47,028 nt of DNA from Nemertoderma westbladi. Taxonomy: Eukaryota; Animalia; Xenacoelomorpha. The position numbers and the translations under genes are program-made. Below the pieces are notes generated by a model. It was not told the origin of the DNA. It made no database searches and saw only the letters and a program-made list of their open reading frames with translations. This document shows, one piece after another, positions 12,583 through 26,407 of the stretch. The stretch covers positions 1 to 47,028 of the forward strand of contig JAUCBJ010005277.1 in assembly GCA_032718475.1 (NCBI GenBank). The letters are read 5' to 3'. Every line of letters begins with the position of its first letter. The first letter of the stretch is position 1.

Positions 12583-12847
12583 TATAATAAATAACAAAAA
12601 TTATAATAATTTTTATCGTCCATTTCGTTGTCGGCCTAAATTATTAAATTGTATTAATTGGCACAATATTGCCAACGTGGTGCAAAAATGATATGCAATA
12701 AGCTTTTACTATGACTTTATATTAATTACTGTATAATTTATTTTCACTAGTTTTAGCAGGGACTTCTAGAACATAGTATATAGGGGGGGGGGGGGGGGGG
12801 GGGGGATAAATTCCGATGTCTTATTTCTTATTTACTCTTCTTCCTAG

Positions 12848-13496
12848 TTTGAAAATCAATACAAACGACACAAATGAATCCCGGCTGGATGCCTATCTGA
12901 AACACCCCGAAGAAGTATTATTCAACAATAGAAAGTTTGTGAACCCAATGCTTTATGATTTCGGGTATATATTAGAAAATGAAAACAGTGTTCTGGAAAT
13001 TCAGAATATAATTAGAGAAATAGACAAGGATTTTGATCACATAATACTCTTGGAACATTACGAAGAGTCGCTAATTATCATGAAAGAGTTACTCTGTTGG
13101 GATATTGGCGATATTGTTTTTAAAATTAGAAATGTTAACACGAAAGAAGTTAAAGAAGAAAAGAACAACCAAAACCAAGAGAGAATGCGACAACTCCATT
13201 TAGGAGATTGGATGCTCTACCAACACTTTAATAAATCTTTGTGGAATAAAATACACAATTACGGACTCGAGAGGATGGCGAGAGATGTTAGGGCCTTAAG
13301 GGAAGCCAATGAGGCGATGCATTCTAAATGTTTACCAACAGCCAATAACGTGTCGGAACGCGATAGGACAACATGTTTCTTTTTCAAACTCTATGGATTT
13401 GATATGCTTCCTCCAATCATTGATAGTTTACAATTACATGACGGCAATATGGAAGAAGCTTGGAAGACATTCTCAAAAAAGGTGGAACTTACATAA
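12848..13496 (+). CDS. GAL3ST-family gene, coding exon 2
   Basis: Pyrimidine-rich acceptor ...cttcctag|T matches the phase of exon 1; motifs NPMLYDFG, FDHIILLEHYEESLIIMKELLCW, DWMLYQHFNKSLWNKI; 382 codons in total after splicing. Confidence 0.88.
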
Positions 13497-13986
13497 CTGT
13501 CGTCTTGTTGTGCTTTATAACTACTGTACTTACAGTACTGTAGGCCTAAATTAATTTAAACTATTGTGAATGGGTTATAATTAAATACAAATAGTTTGGG
13601 GATATCAATGTGAGACATAGTTATTAGGCAGCTCTAAAGTGATGTTTCTATACCAACCTATATTAGAACCATAGCTATATTTCCAAACCAAACAAAGTGA
13701 TCATTATGTGTTGGGGAAGGCGTTTAAATAAATGGTAAAAGGGGCGTTAATTCGAGGGAAGGCGTTTAAGTTCATGTTCTAGAGCGTTTATTTTTTTTAT
13801 TTAAAAATAAATATTGTTTATCGTTTATTGTTTATTTTTTTTTTAAAGCATTTATGTTCTAGATTTTCAGCATTTTTAATCTAAATACCCTAATAAAGAA
13901 TGTTGTTAAATTCAAGAAAACAAGTTAAACAAATGAAATAAAACCAGGATTATATTTATTACAATGCAGTCTATTACAGCGGTACA

Positions 13987-15022
13987 ACACGTTGAGGCTC
14001 AGTTATCAGATACAGATTAAAATTGAGCAATTCTATCCCAAAATCGGCATTAAGAAATTTAACCAAACCGCCAATAATAAAAAATCAAAGGAGAGAGAAA
14101 AACTCCCCCTTCAAATCCCTCTTAACCTACACGACTGCCGGTCTGCACCACCCCAACCCAAAGGAGCACAGAGGATTAATTAAAGGCAAAGGTATTAACA
14201 GGAAATTTATGTTTTAAATTTTAGGCGTAGAGGCGACCCTATTTGTAAATTAGCTAAACAATTTCGTTGAGGTATTCACATGATAAATTAATATTTCAGT
14301 ATCATTTACTATCGGCATAAGGTAAGTTTTAATAATTTACACATATCTTAAAGAATCAGGATGAAATACTCAGGCAATCATTTTGCGATATAAATAATAA
14401 GCAAACTGGCTTTGGTATGGCACCTTACACTAGTAGTGCCAGCCTATGTCCTATAGATGTAATTACCCGTTGCCAAGTAGAGTGGTGAGATGATTGGACT
14501 GGTTCCCAAACTATAGGAAATAGCAAGCATGCCAAGGAATGAGGGAGGTATAGAGTGACTAGGGCACTTTGATAACTTAATTACGTTTAGATCAATTAAA
14601 AACATATTTCTTAAAGCAAATCATTTGAACTAATTAAAAAATATAATGGAATGGGGTATGGGGATTACAGCTGTATAATTTTTAAGTATAAATATTGATA
14701 TCTTATACTATAAAATAATTAATTTCCATTAACAGTCATGTTGAAAATGCTGTTTTTATCCTAACCAACTTAACTAATTTTAATTTAATTACTATTATTA
14801 ATTGCTATTATCTTAGCTTCTCGAAGGCCACACGCAAATTCAACTTGGAAAATTTCTAAACTTTTGCCAGACTACATGTGTACCAAGTTGGGATAGATTT
14901 AATCGAGATTTGGCTGAGTTATTAACGTTTAAAATTTAACACAACAGAACAACAGACACACCGATTGAGTTAGTGGTACCCGTATGCTAAGCTCGCTTAC
15001 TTTTATGGCTCGCCCCACACCC
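13987..15022 (-). mobile_element. Non-autonomous interspersed element, copy B
   Basis: Reverse-complement match to 2388-3630. Confidence 0.75.
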
Positions 15023-15073
15023 TACTACATTTACCTTCAATCTTAACAATCAGTTAACTCTCAACAATGTTAA

Positions 15074-16432
15074 GGGCACGTGTTGTGGTCAAAATTAAAA
15101 AAAAAATCAAAAAGTTTTTTTACGGTTTCTGGATCAAAATTTAATGGCGATTTAAAAACTGAAAACGACATAGCGAGATATCTTTTAGTTCTCAAGTTAT
15201 AGCTGTCTGTTTGTCTGATAGTCGTTCAATCTGACAAAATTTAAGAAACACATGCACTGTACAATTTTCGCTATAGGAGTTTTCCTGTTTAGTGATCACA
15301 TTTATAATGTCAGTTTTAATGTTTCATGTATTCTAGATTGTCTGTCATTCTCCCTGCCTGCCTGCATGTCTATCTGTCTGTCTGTTGCCCTGTCAAAAAG
15401 CAATGAATGAAATACACAACTGAAAATATTGTTTTAGAGGTTTTCCTGGTCTATGATTCCATTTCTTATGTCCGTTTTAACGGTTAAAGGATTCTAGATG
15501 GTCTATTAGGCTGTCTGTCTGTCAGATTATATTTTGACGGACAGACCGACATGAATACAGACCAACACAAAGACATTATATTTAAATATTGACATCAGAA
15601 ATGTAATCACCGACCAGGAAAACCCCTTTAACTCAATTGTTAGCGATGTCCTTTCCTAAATTTTGACTGACAGACGGACAGATTGTCTGATAAACAGACA
15701 GACTGACAGTTAGACAGTCTGGAATTCTTCAAACGTTAAAACTAACATCGGCATTGAAATCAGCGACCAGGAAAACCCCCATAACCTAAATTTCAGTTCG
15801 GGTTCGGTGGTGTGTATCCTTAATTATTGACAGACAGACAGATTGTCCGATAAACAGACAGACTGACAGTCTGGAATTCATCAAACGTCAAAACTGACAT
15901 CGGAAATGCAATCACCACCCCAGAAAACCCCCATATCGGTAATTTTAGTTAAGAAGTATTCTTCCTTATTTTTTCAATATAATTTGAATTATCCCTCCAT
16001 TTAACAAAAAATGGCGGGAAGGTTGGAAAACTTTAAATTTACTTTATCTGAGAATTTTATTTTTCGATTTTATTTCACTCATGTACCTGTTTCTCTGGAA
16101 CTACTGGACCAAATTAGATTAAATTTTCAGTATATTATGTTCTTCTACTAATCCTTTATAGGTGGTACCACACTTAGACATGTGGGTTAGAAATTTAAAA
16201 AGTTACGTCACAAAAAACTGCCACAATACGTGATTTTTTACCCTGTTACAAATAACATTTTTCACTTTGAAAATTTCTGGCGATCACAATAGTTTTTTTT
16301 ATTTATTCTGCTACCACGTCTAAGACACATGCAAAATTAATTCCCCTCCAAATTTCAAGCCATTCTGTTGAACCAATTCCTCAAAAGAGGTACATAAGCT
16401 TAATAGTCAAATGTATGGACAAACACGTGCCC
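15074..16432. mobile_element. Kolobok-like non-autonomous DNA transposon
   Basis: TTAA on both sides; TIR GGGCACGTGTT / AACACGTGCCC (purine termini, unlike piggyBac CCC); second copy near 35450-36431. Confidence 0.75.
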
Positions 16433-17061
16433 TTAACGCCCGACATTGTAATATTAAACGCCGGGGCGTTTATTCGGGGAAGCCGTTCAAGTTGCTAATT
16501 TGGTGGTATGGGGGTCGTTAATTCGAGGGTGGGCTCTTATTCGAGTAAATACGGTATTGTGAGGCTGGCCATAAAAGACCATGGTCAAAAGTTGAAATAC
16601 AATAATTCGTAGATCAAAGATAAAGAATGATTCGAAAACATGAGGACAAATAAATTAAATGAAACAAACATCATCCAATGTTCATCATAATAGAGAAATA
16701 TTTACTTTTAATTAATTTTAACCAAAACCAATTTTATGCACGAATGTAATGTTTTACCTTAATTGTCAAATATTATTCGTAGAGTTTCTACCCAATCGAT
16801 CTATAGCGCTCACAGCCACAAGTCCGTCTCACATGTAGCAACACAAACCTAACCAAATAGCACAATCGACACACTTAGCTGCACATAACCAGTCTGTTTG
16901 ACAACATTAATCAGCAAAGTTTACAAGTTTATAAACCAGAAGATAAACGCAGTTGATGTCACAGAGGGTAATTCCATTGAGCGCGTCGCCACATTGTTGA
17001 ATCCCTGATTCTTACATTCCCACTAACTAATCCCACTAAATTGATCCGTAGATGTTAACCT

Positions 17062-17568
17062 CTAATTCTTTTCCTCTTTCTTCTCTTTACTCTCCTCTAC
17101 ATCTTCCTCAGTCGCTTTGGTCTCCTGTTGAGTTTGTTCTTTACTTTCCCGATCGGCCGCCATCTTTTTATACGCGGTTTCGAACACCTTCAGGGATTTA
17201 CTCTGTATATCGGATCCGACTTTCCGTAACTCCTCAGCTGGTAACGTTTCCTTATTGGCTAACTTCTCTCGCGCCGCTGTTATTTCCCCTCGCAACTTCT
17301 CCGCCTCAGCCGAGTCGACCTGCGCCTTAAATTCCTCCAACTTTGAGTCCAAATCGTTGAGGATTCCCTCGGTAAAGTTAACCGCTTCCACCTTCTCTCT
17401 GAACTCTTTGTCGATATCCGCGAATTTCTCGGCTTGTTGCACCATATTCTCGATCTCGTCCTTGGACAGACCCCCCGAGGATTGGATCACTATCTGCTGC
17501 TCCTTACCCGTCCCTTTGTCCCGCGCGGAAACGTTTACTATCCCATTCGCGTCAATATCAAAAACCAC
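17062..17568 (-). CDS. HSPA9: Mitochondrial Hsp70 (mortalin), exon 4
   Basis: [40 protein letters not shown]; acceptor ttcttccacag|GTG; no terminal EEVD. Confidence 0.96.
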   Translation of the reverse strand: MVFDIDANGIVNVSARDKGTGKEQQIVIQSSGGLSKDEIENMVQQAEKFADIDKEFREKVEAVNFTEGILNDLDSKLEEFKAQVDSAEAEKLRGEITAAREKLANKETLPAEELRKVGSDIQSKSLKVFETAYKKMAADRESKEQTQQETKATEEDVEESKEKKEEKN

Positions 17569-18088
17569 CTGTGGAAGAAACATCAATAAATTGAACAAAC
17601 CGCTTTATTGATTAATTAAATTTCGATTTTCAATCATATTGACGATAATCTGTCTTAATTATTTATGAGTTTGTCTTATTTTGTTTCTTAATAACTACAA
17701 CATAAGCTCAAATAGCAGCATAATATATTGTTAAATGTTATGATATAATTACTGCCGTTGTAAATTCAATTAGTTCGGTTTGAGCCAACCAGAGAGAGCT
17801 GGATGGCTTCGTGGCTTCTATTGGAGTCGAGGTGTTATAAAAATGGGAATATTCTTCACTGTGAAAACTTTCCTAACGAAAACGATTAAAACATTTTTAA
17901 TTTTGTTTAGAAAAATAAAAATGTGTCCCAGAGACGAAAAGAAGGGCGACTTTTTAAAAGTGAGAATAATAGGCCGGACATTAGGTTCTCCTGTTTATTG
18001 TTTGATTTCCACTTTATTTCCGAATAAAATTATAACTAACTATATATTTTAATTTCATCACGATGTCAGATGGACCCGCTGTTACAAC

Positions 18089-19843
18089 TAGGGATGTCCC
18101 GGAATCGATATTTTGATTCCGGCCGGAACCGGAACCGGAATTCAACATGCCGGAATATTCCGGCCGGAATTCCGGCCGGAACCGGAATTTTGTATAATTT
18201 AGTGAAATACACTAAATGACCCGTGAAACCCTATAATTTTTTTGTGAAAGAATTTAATTTTGGCACGTTACGGCCTTTTATGGGGACGGGAGGGGGGGTA
18301 CTTCGGCCTTATACGACAGGGAATTCAATTTCATTGTTTTTTCAAAAACCTATATCCTTGGCCAAAAGTTAGGTTTTTAGGCTCATACCTAAAAACCTAC
18401 GTTGACCAGCGGTATCGGGTTTCCTGGTTTCGCGTCTTTGGGTCGGTTAGTGCAATATCCTGGTGTCGTTAATCAATCGCAATATCCTGGTGATGTTACA
18501 GTGACATGTTATTCGAAACAGAACAATAAACGAGAGTTAATAGTACATCTTACAGTTTAATTTTGCTGGGAATAAATAGATTTCTGGTAAGAAATAGCTT
18601 TGCTATAAATATAAATAAACATACTGTATTATATGCAGCACCTACGACACAGGGAATATTGACGCGTAACCCAACGACCACACTTGCAGGACCTAAAGAC
18701 GCAGGACCTGTACGTAGTGTAATAACGTTTTATGTTAGTTTTAGGTTAGCCTAGTGTATTTGTGTAATATTGTATTTGTACCCAAGTTACATAAAGGACC
18801 CCCTTGGAAATAAGCTGCAAAGCTTTAGGGGTAATCCTGTTGGACAATACCAATATTAATATTATCATATTATTGAATAATTATATCAAAGTAAAATAAT
18901 GTAAAATAAATGCATAATAATGTAAATCAATCTAAAAAACGTCACTTTATAAGCAAATTGTAAAAGCACTCGTTAAGGCCCATGTTTCACTGGTAAGTCT
19001 TATGTCGTAAGTCGAAATATATTATGGAACACCAACACATTGCTTTCAATGGGAGCGTCTCTACTCCACTGGTAAATCGTAAGTAACGACTTATGAGCGA
19101 AAGTGATTATGTCCCATGTTCCATCTTTTTTTGACAAACGACTCATGACTTATGGCATGCTGAAAGCCTGGATTGATACCTTTGGGTATATAAATATTTT
19201 GTAAATTAATGTGAGACTCATCTTATATTTTTTAACAAATGACTTTTTACTCTTATGTGTTACCAGTGGAGCAAGGGAGGTGTAATTTTGACGTTCTAAA
19301 AACAGTTGTCAGGTGACAATTTTTTGGAAATGTGATGCATACCCATCAAGACTAAATTGACTTAAAAAAAGGGGTGGCAGAAATTGTCCCTCGTTACAGG
19401 TTCATTAGCGTTTGGTGTAGTGGTTGCATTGAATTCCCATCTCTCTGGAGGTTGTGGGTTCGAACCTCGCATGGACGACGGCAGTTTTCTTTTCGGTACG
19501 AATGATTTGAAGTGGTTAGAAGGGGGTATCTCTATCTCCGCCTTGCATCCTTAAATGGTAGCTCTAAGCTAACGGCCGAAGAAAACTTTACTTCTTTACT
19601 TTTTGTACAAGTGTTAACTAGTACTGCATCTTAAACAATAGTTTGTAAGTATATGTTAAAAAAATATATAAATTTTGATAATAATTTAACAAACTAATTG
19701 GCAACTATCAAACTACATAGGAAACTGGTAATTCCGGTAAAATTCCGGCCGGAATTGACCCCATTCCGGCAATTCCGGCCGGAACCGGAATCGGGCAATA
19801 ACAGCCGGAATTCCGGCCGGAACGGAATTCCGGGACATCCCTA
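18089..19843. mobile_element. hAT (Ac/Ds-like) non-autonomous element in HSPA9 intron 3
   Basis: TIR TAGGGATGTCCCGGAAT, perfect 8-bp TSD GTTACAAC, subterminal CCGGAA arrays at both ends. Confidence 0.9.
19405..19603 (+). mobile_element. tRNA-derived SINE nested in the hAT element
   Basis: Pol III A box TGGTGTAGTGG (19413-19423), B box GGTTCGAACC (19457-19466), CTTTA-type repeat tail. Confidence 0.7.
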
Positions 19844-19847
19844 GTTA

Positions 19848-20372
<525 letters not shown>

Positions 20373-20843
20373 TTATATAAATTAATATTTGGTAATTAGT
20401 AATAATATAAGTCATATAATATGTATTATAGATAAGATAGTTCGACAACTTTTCTTACTGCCGGCAGAGGCGGATTTTTCAATTTACGGGCTATTTCGAT
20501 ACAGGCCGTTTTAACAATGTTTAACCACCTCCGTAGAATTTATTATTCGTCTATGGAATATAATCTGGATATCATTAGAACCTCCTTTATCTGCAGATTC
20601 CGAATCTTAAAACCGTTTTAAATTTAACCAAAAAGTGGCTAAGATATTCAAAATACTAAGGTGTAAATTTTGAGACGTAAATCAATAGAATTCAAATGTT
20701 ATTTACACAATTCTAGAATATTAATTAATATTCTAGAATGGAGACAAAAACGATTCATAAATTTGTACTAATTCCTGTGAAAAAGTCATTTGGTGGAAGA
20801 AGATAGACTAAAGGTCTCAGGTTAGCGTAGCCGTGGACGACCG

Positions 20844-23800
20844 GCTATCCGAGCTCGCTATCCGAGCTCGCTATACGAGCTCGCTATCCGAGCTCGCTAT
20901 ACGATCTCGCTATCCGAGCTCGCTATCCGAGCTCGCTAACCGAGCTCGCTATCCGAGCTCGCTATCCGAGCTCGCTATCCGAGCTCACAAACCGAGCTCG
21001 CTAACCGAGCTCGCTAACCGAGCTCGCTATCCGAGCTCGCTATCCGAGCTCACAAATCGAGCTCGCTAACCGAGCTCGCTAACCGAGCTCGCTATACGAG
21101 CTCGCTATCCGAGCTCGCTATCCGAGCTCGCTAACCGAGCTCGCTATCCGAGCTCACAAACCGAGCTCGCTAACCGAGCTCGCTATCCGAGCTCGCAATA
21201 CGAGCTCGCTATCCGAGCTCGCTATCCGAGCTCGCTATCCGAGCTCGCTATCCGAGCTCGCTAACCGAGCTCGCTATCCGAGCTCGCTAACCGAGCTCGC
21301 TATCCGAGCTCGCTATCCGAGCTCGCTATACGAGCTCGCTATCCGAGCTCGCTATCCGAGCTCGCTATCCGAGCTCGCTATCCGAGCTCGCTATCCGAGC
21401 TCGCTATCCGAGCTCACAAACCGAGCTCGCTAACCGAGCTCGCTAACCGAGCTCGCTATCCGAGCTCGCTATCCGAGCTCACAAACCGAGCTCGCTAACC
21501 GAGCTCGCTATCCGAGCTCGCTATACGAGCTCGCTATCCGAGCTCGCTATCCGAGCTCGCTATCCGAGCTCGCTAACCGAGCTCGCTATCCGAGCTCGCT
21601 ATACGAGCTCGCTATCCGAGCTCGCTATCCGAGCTCGCTATCCGAGCTCGCTATACGAGCTCGCTATCCGAGCTCGCTAACCGAGCTCGCTATCCGAGCT
21701 CGCTATCCGAGCTCGCTATCCGAGCTCACAAACCGAGCTCGCTAACCGAGCTCGCTAACCGAGCTCGCTATCCGAGCTCGCTAACCGAGCTCGCTATCCG
21801 AGCTCGCTATCCGAGCTCGCTATCCGAGCTCACAAACCGAGCTCGCTAACCGAGCTCGCTATCCGAGCTCGCTATACGAGCTCGCTATCCGAGCTCGCTA
21901 TCCGAGCTCGCTATCCGAGCTCGCTAACCGAGCTCGCTATCCGAGCTCGCTATCCGAGCTCGCTATACGAGCTCGCTATCCGAGCTCGCTATCCGAGCTC
22001 GCTATACGAGCTCGCTATCCGAGCTCGCTATCCGAGCTCGCTATCCGAGCTCGCTATACGAGCTCGCTATCCGAGCTCGCTAACCGAGCTCGCTATCCGA
22101 GCTCGCTATCCGAGCTCGCTATACGAGCTCGCTATCCGAGCTCGCTATCCGAGCTCGCTATCCGAGCTGGCTATCCGAGCTCGCTATCCGAGCTCGCTAT
22201 ACGAGCTCGCTATCCGAGCTCGCTAACCGAGCTCGCTATCCGAGCTCGCTATACGAGCTCGCTATCCGAGCTCGCTATCCGAGCTCGCTATCCGAGCTGG
22301 CTATCCGAGCTCGCTATCCGAGCTCGCTATACGAGCTCGCTATCCGAGCTCGCTATACGAGCTCGCTATCCGAGCTCGCTATCCGAGCTGGCTATCCGAG
22401 CTCGCTATCCGAGCTCGCTATCCGAGCTCGCTATCCGAGCTGGCTATCCGAGCTCGCTATCCGAGCTCGCTATCCGAGCTCGCTATCCGAGCTCGCTATC
22501 CGAGCTCGCTATCCGAGCTCGCTATACGAGCTCGCTATCCGAGCTCGCTATACGAGCTCGCTATCCGAGCTCGCTATCCGAGCTCGCTATACGAGCTCGC
22601 TATCCGAGCTCGCTAACCGAGCTCGCTATCCGAGCTCGCTATCCGAGCTCGCTATCCGAGCTCGCTATCCGAGCTGGCTATCCGAGCTCGCTATCCGAGC
22701 TCGCTATACGAGCTCGCTATCCGAGCTCGCTAACCGAGCTCGCTATCCGAGCTCGCTATCCGAGCTCGCTATACGAGCTCGCTATCCGAGCTCGCTATCC
22801 GAGCTCGCTATCCGAGCTCGCTATCCGAGCTCGCTATACGAGCTCGCTATCCGAGCTCGCTAACCGAGCTCGCTATCCGAGCTCGCTATCCGAGCTCGCT
22901 ATACGAGCTCGCTATCCGAGCTCGCTATCCGAGCTCGCTATCCGAGCTGGCTATCCGAGCTCGCTATCCGAGCTCGCTATACGAGCTCGCTATCCGAGCT
23001 CGCTAACCGAGCTCGCTATCCGAGCTCGCTATCCGAGCTCGCTATCCGAGCTCGCTATCCGAGCTCACAAACCGAGCTCGCTAACCGAGCTCGCTAACCG
23101 AGCTCGCTATCCGAGCTCGCTATCCGAGCTCACAAACCGAGCTCGCTAACCGAGCTCGCTATCCGAGCTCGCTATACGAGCTCGCTATCCGAGCTCGCTA
23201 TCCGAGCTCGCTATCCGAGCTCGCTATCCGAGCTCGCTATACGAGCTCGCTATCCGAGCTCGCTAACCGAGCTCGCTATCCGAGCTCGCTATCCGAGCTC
23301 GCTATACGAGCTCGCTATACGAGCTCGCTATCCGAGCTCGCTATCCGAGCTCGCTATCCGAGCTGGCTATCCGAGCTCGCTATACGAGCTCGCTATCCGA
23401 GCTCGCTAACCGAGCTCGCTATCCGAGCTCGCTATCCGAGCTCGCTATCCGAGCTCACAAACCGAGCTCGCTAACCGAGCTCGCTAACCGAGCTCGCTAT
23501 CCGAGCTCACAAACCGAGCTCGCTAAACGAGCTCGCTATCCGAGCTCGCTATACGAGCTCGCTATCCGAGCTCGCTATCCGAGCTCGCTATCCGAGCTCG
23601 CTATCCGAGCTCGCTAACCGAGCTCGCTATCCGAGCTCGCTATCCGAGCTCGCTATACGAGCTCGCTATCCGAGCTCGCTATCCGAGCTCGCTATCCGAG
23701 CTCGCTATACGAGCTCGCTATCCGAGCTCGCTAACCGAGCTCGCTATCCGAGCTCGCTATCCGAGCTCGCTATACGAGCTCGCTATCCGAGCTCGCTATC

Positions 23801-24497
23801 CGAGCTCGCTATCCGAGCTGGCTATCCGAGCTGGCTATCCGAGCTCGCTATCCGAGCTCGCTATCCGAGCTCGCTATACGAGCTCGCTATCCGAGCTCGC
23901 TATCCGAGCTCGCTAACCGAGCTCGCTAACCGAGCTCGCTATCCGAGCTCGCTATCCGAGCTCGCTATCCGAGCTCGCTATCCGAGCTCGCTATCCGAGC
24001 TCGCTATCCGAGCTCGCTATACGAGCTCGCTATCCGAGCTCGCTATCCGAGCTCGCTATACGAGCTCGCTATCCGAGCTCGCTATACGAGCTCGCTATAC
24101 GAGCTCGCTATCCGAGCTCGCTATCCGAGCTCGCTATCCGAGCTCGCTATCCGAGCTCGCTATCCGAGCTCGCTATACGAGCTCGCTATCCGAGCTCGCT
24201 ATCCGAGCTCGCTATACGAGCTCGCTATCCGAGCTCGCTAACCGAGCTCGCTATCCGAGCTCGCTATCCGAGCTCGCTATCCGAGCTCGCTAACCGAGCT
24301 CGCTATACGAGCTCGCTATCCGAGCTCGCTATCCGAGCTCGCTATCCGAGCTCGCTATACGAGCTCGCTATCCGAGCTCGCTATCCGAGCTCGCTATCCG
24401 AGCTGGCTATCCGAGCTCGCTATCCGAGCTCACAAACCGAGCTCGCTATACGAGCTCACTATCCGAGCTCACTATCCGAGCTCGCTATCCGAGCTCA
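20844..24497. repeat. 13-bp satellite (GAGCTCGCTATCC)n, about 280 units, in HSPA9 intron 2
   Basis: Direct reading; variant units end TATAC or TAACC, plus GAGCTCACAAACC and GAGCTGGCTATCC. Confidence 0.98.
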
Positions 24498-24641
24498 CAC
24501 AGTAGTAGTATAACTAGATGAAATCTTAATATTTTATTAATTTTTTTAACAGAACGAAAATGTGAGAAAGACGAAGAAACAACTTCGAAACAAATGAGAT
24601 AAATAAAGACAGAAAACCAAAGTAACAAACATCCTGCTTAC

Positions 24642-25302
24642 CGATTCCCGCATCCTTCATCGCTTTCTCACACGGCGCCACCGTTCGCTTCAACAACGAA
24701 TCCACAATCTGTTCCAACTTGGCTCTGGTAACCTTCTCGTTCATGTGTTTGGGTCCCCCGGTACCCATAGTAACGTACGGTAGATTTATATCGGTCTGCT
24801 GGGCGGAACTCAACTCGATCTTGGCCTTCTCCGCTGCCTCTCTCACACGTTGCACCGCCATCACGTCGTTGGTCAGATCGAACCCCTGGGCCTTGCGGAA
24901 CTCGGCGCACAGATGCCCCTGTATCGCCTGGTCGAAGTCCTCCCCGCCCAGATGGGTGTCCCCATTCGTAGACTTCACCTCGAAGACGCCCTTCTGGATC
25001 TCCAGGATGGAGATATCGAAGGTGCCGCCCCCCAGATCGAACACGGCCACCACCTTGTCCTGCTCCTTCTCCAGTCCGTAGGCCAAGGCCGCTGCGGTCG
25101 GCTCGTTTATTACCCGTAACACATTGAGTCCCGCTATCTGGCCTGCATCCTTGGTCGCCTGTCTCTGCGAGTCGTTAAAGTAAGCCGGTACAGTGACCAC
25201 AGCGTCCTTACATTTGGTACCCAAATAGGATTCCGCGGTTTCTTTCATCTTCATTAGAACGAAGGCGCCCACCTGACTAGGGGAATACATCTTACCGTGG
25301 GC
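24642..25302 (-). CDS. HSPA9: Mitochondrial Hsp70 (mortalin), exon 2
   Basis: [44 protein letters not shown]; acceptor ttgcag|GCC, donor G|GTAAGC. Confidence 0.96.
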
Positions 25303-25960
25303 CTGCAATAAGGATGGTGTCGGGAGATTAACTTGGGATAAATTATTTATACTTGAATTTACTGAGCTATTACATATCGGTCGGTGTCTGTATATAATGT
25401 ACTATTGTACTGTAGTCCATCTATTTCCAATAGTAGGGGATTACAAATGTCCTTTTATTCCACTGGCCGAGATGTAATCCGGGATTACAGAGGTTTTCTA
25501 TCATTTTACCGCCATTTACAGTACCGGTATCCAATAATACTTTGTAAATAAATACGTCGCGTATGGACGGAACCAAGGCGACCTTCTAAAGGTTAACCAT
25601 CCAACTTATCAGCAATCTAGCAAACTGCAACAGGACAACGAATAGCAGCGGTGGTGGAGCTAGTACTCACACGCAGCCACGTCCATCATTTTACCAGCAC
25701 CCCTGCCCTGCCCTGCACCCAGTAATATTTCATTTCATTTCAACGTGTACGCCAGTCATGCCAGCATTTATATTCTTTAAAATTAGTTAAAATATTGGAT
25801 AAAACAAAAACCATTAAGCACATCACAACACAATCACCATTACACAGCATACCCTATATATATATACATGTATAATTTCACAGATATACTGGATATAGGG
25901 GTAATATTGGGCGTGGGAGCAGCTACCAACCCACTCAGCCACTCCAACCATCTTACTTAC

Positions 25961-26407
25961 CTGGACCCAAGCATCGCCATTTGACGCCCTCGTTATATCG
26001 AAAGAAACCGTCTTGAGATCCTTCTGTACCATTGGGTCGTCGAACCTCCGTCCAATCAGTCGCTTCGTTGCGTAGAAGGTCCCCTTGTGATTGGTGACAG
26101 TCTGTCGACGCGCTGGCATCCCAACCAACCGCTCACCTTCCTCGGTAAACGCAACCACAGACGGAGTTGTTCGTGCGCCCTCCGCGTTCTCTATAACTTT
26201 TGCTTGTTTTCCTTCCATAACGGCGACGCAAGAGTTGGTCGTACCCAAATCGATACCGATCACAGAGCCTCCTGTGGATTTGGTTACTTTGTCGCTTAGC
26301 AACCGACTTCGTAGGAATAGGTTGCGTCTGTTTATCAACTCGGTGGTCCGCCATCGAGGGTTCAGGGCGTTGCGGGTAATGGGAATTATATTACGTGCCG
26401 ACCACAT
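25961..26407 (-). CDS. HSPA9: Mitochondrial Hsp70 (mortalin), exon 1 with presequence
   Basis: Arg-rich MWSARNII... presequence then [18 protein letters not shown]; donor CAG|GTAAGT; the four exons total 2046 nt (681 aa). Confidence 0.95.

Noticed and set aside
13497-13700. SECIS element for the sulfotransferase TGA
   Set aside because: No convincing RUGA/GA kink-turn stem seen by eye; a covariance search is needed.
17052-17611. Antisense or alternate-frame ORFs overlapping HSPA9 (likewise over STUB1, pirin and BUD23)
   Set aside because: Shadow ORFs of GC-rich coding exons.
19405-19480. Functional tRNA gene
   Set aside because: A and B boxes are present, but there is no acceptor stem and a SINE-like body and tail follow.
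20833-21069. ORF with SELAIRARYP repeats; CRISPR-like appearance of the array
   Set aside because: Translation of the 13-bp satellite; no unique spacers, no cas genes, eukaryotic context.
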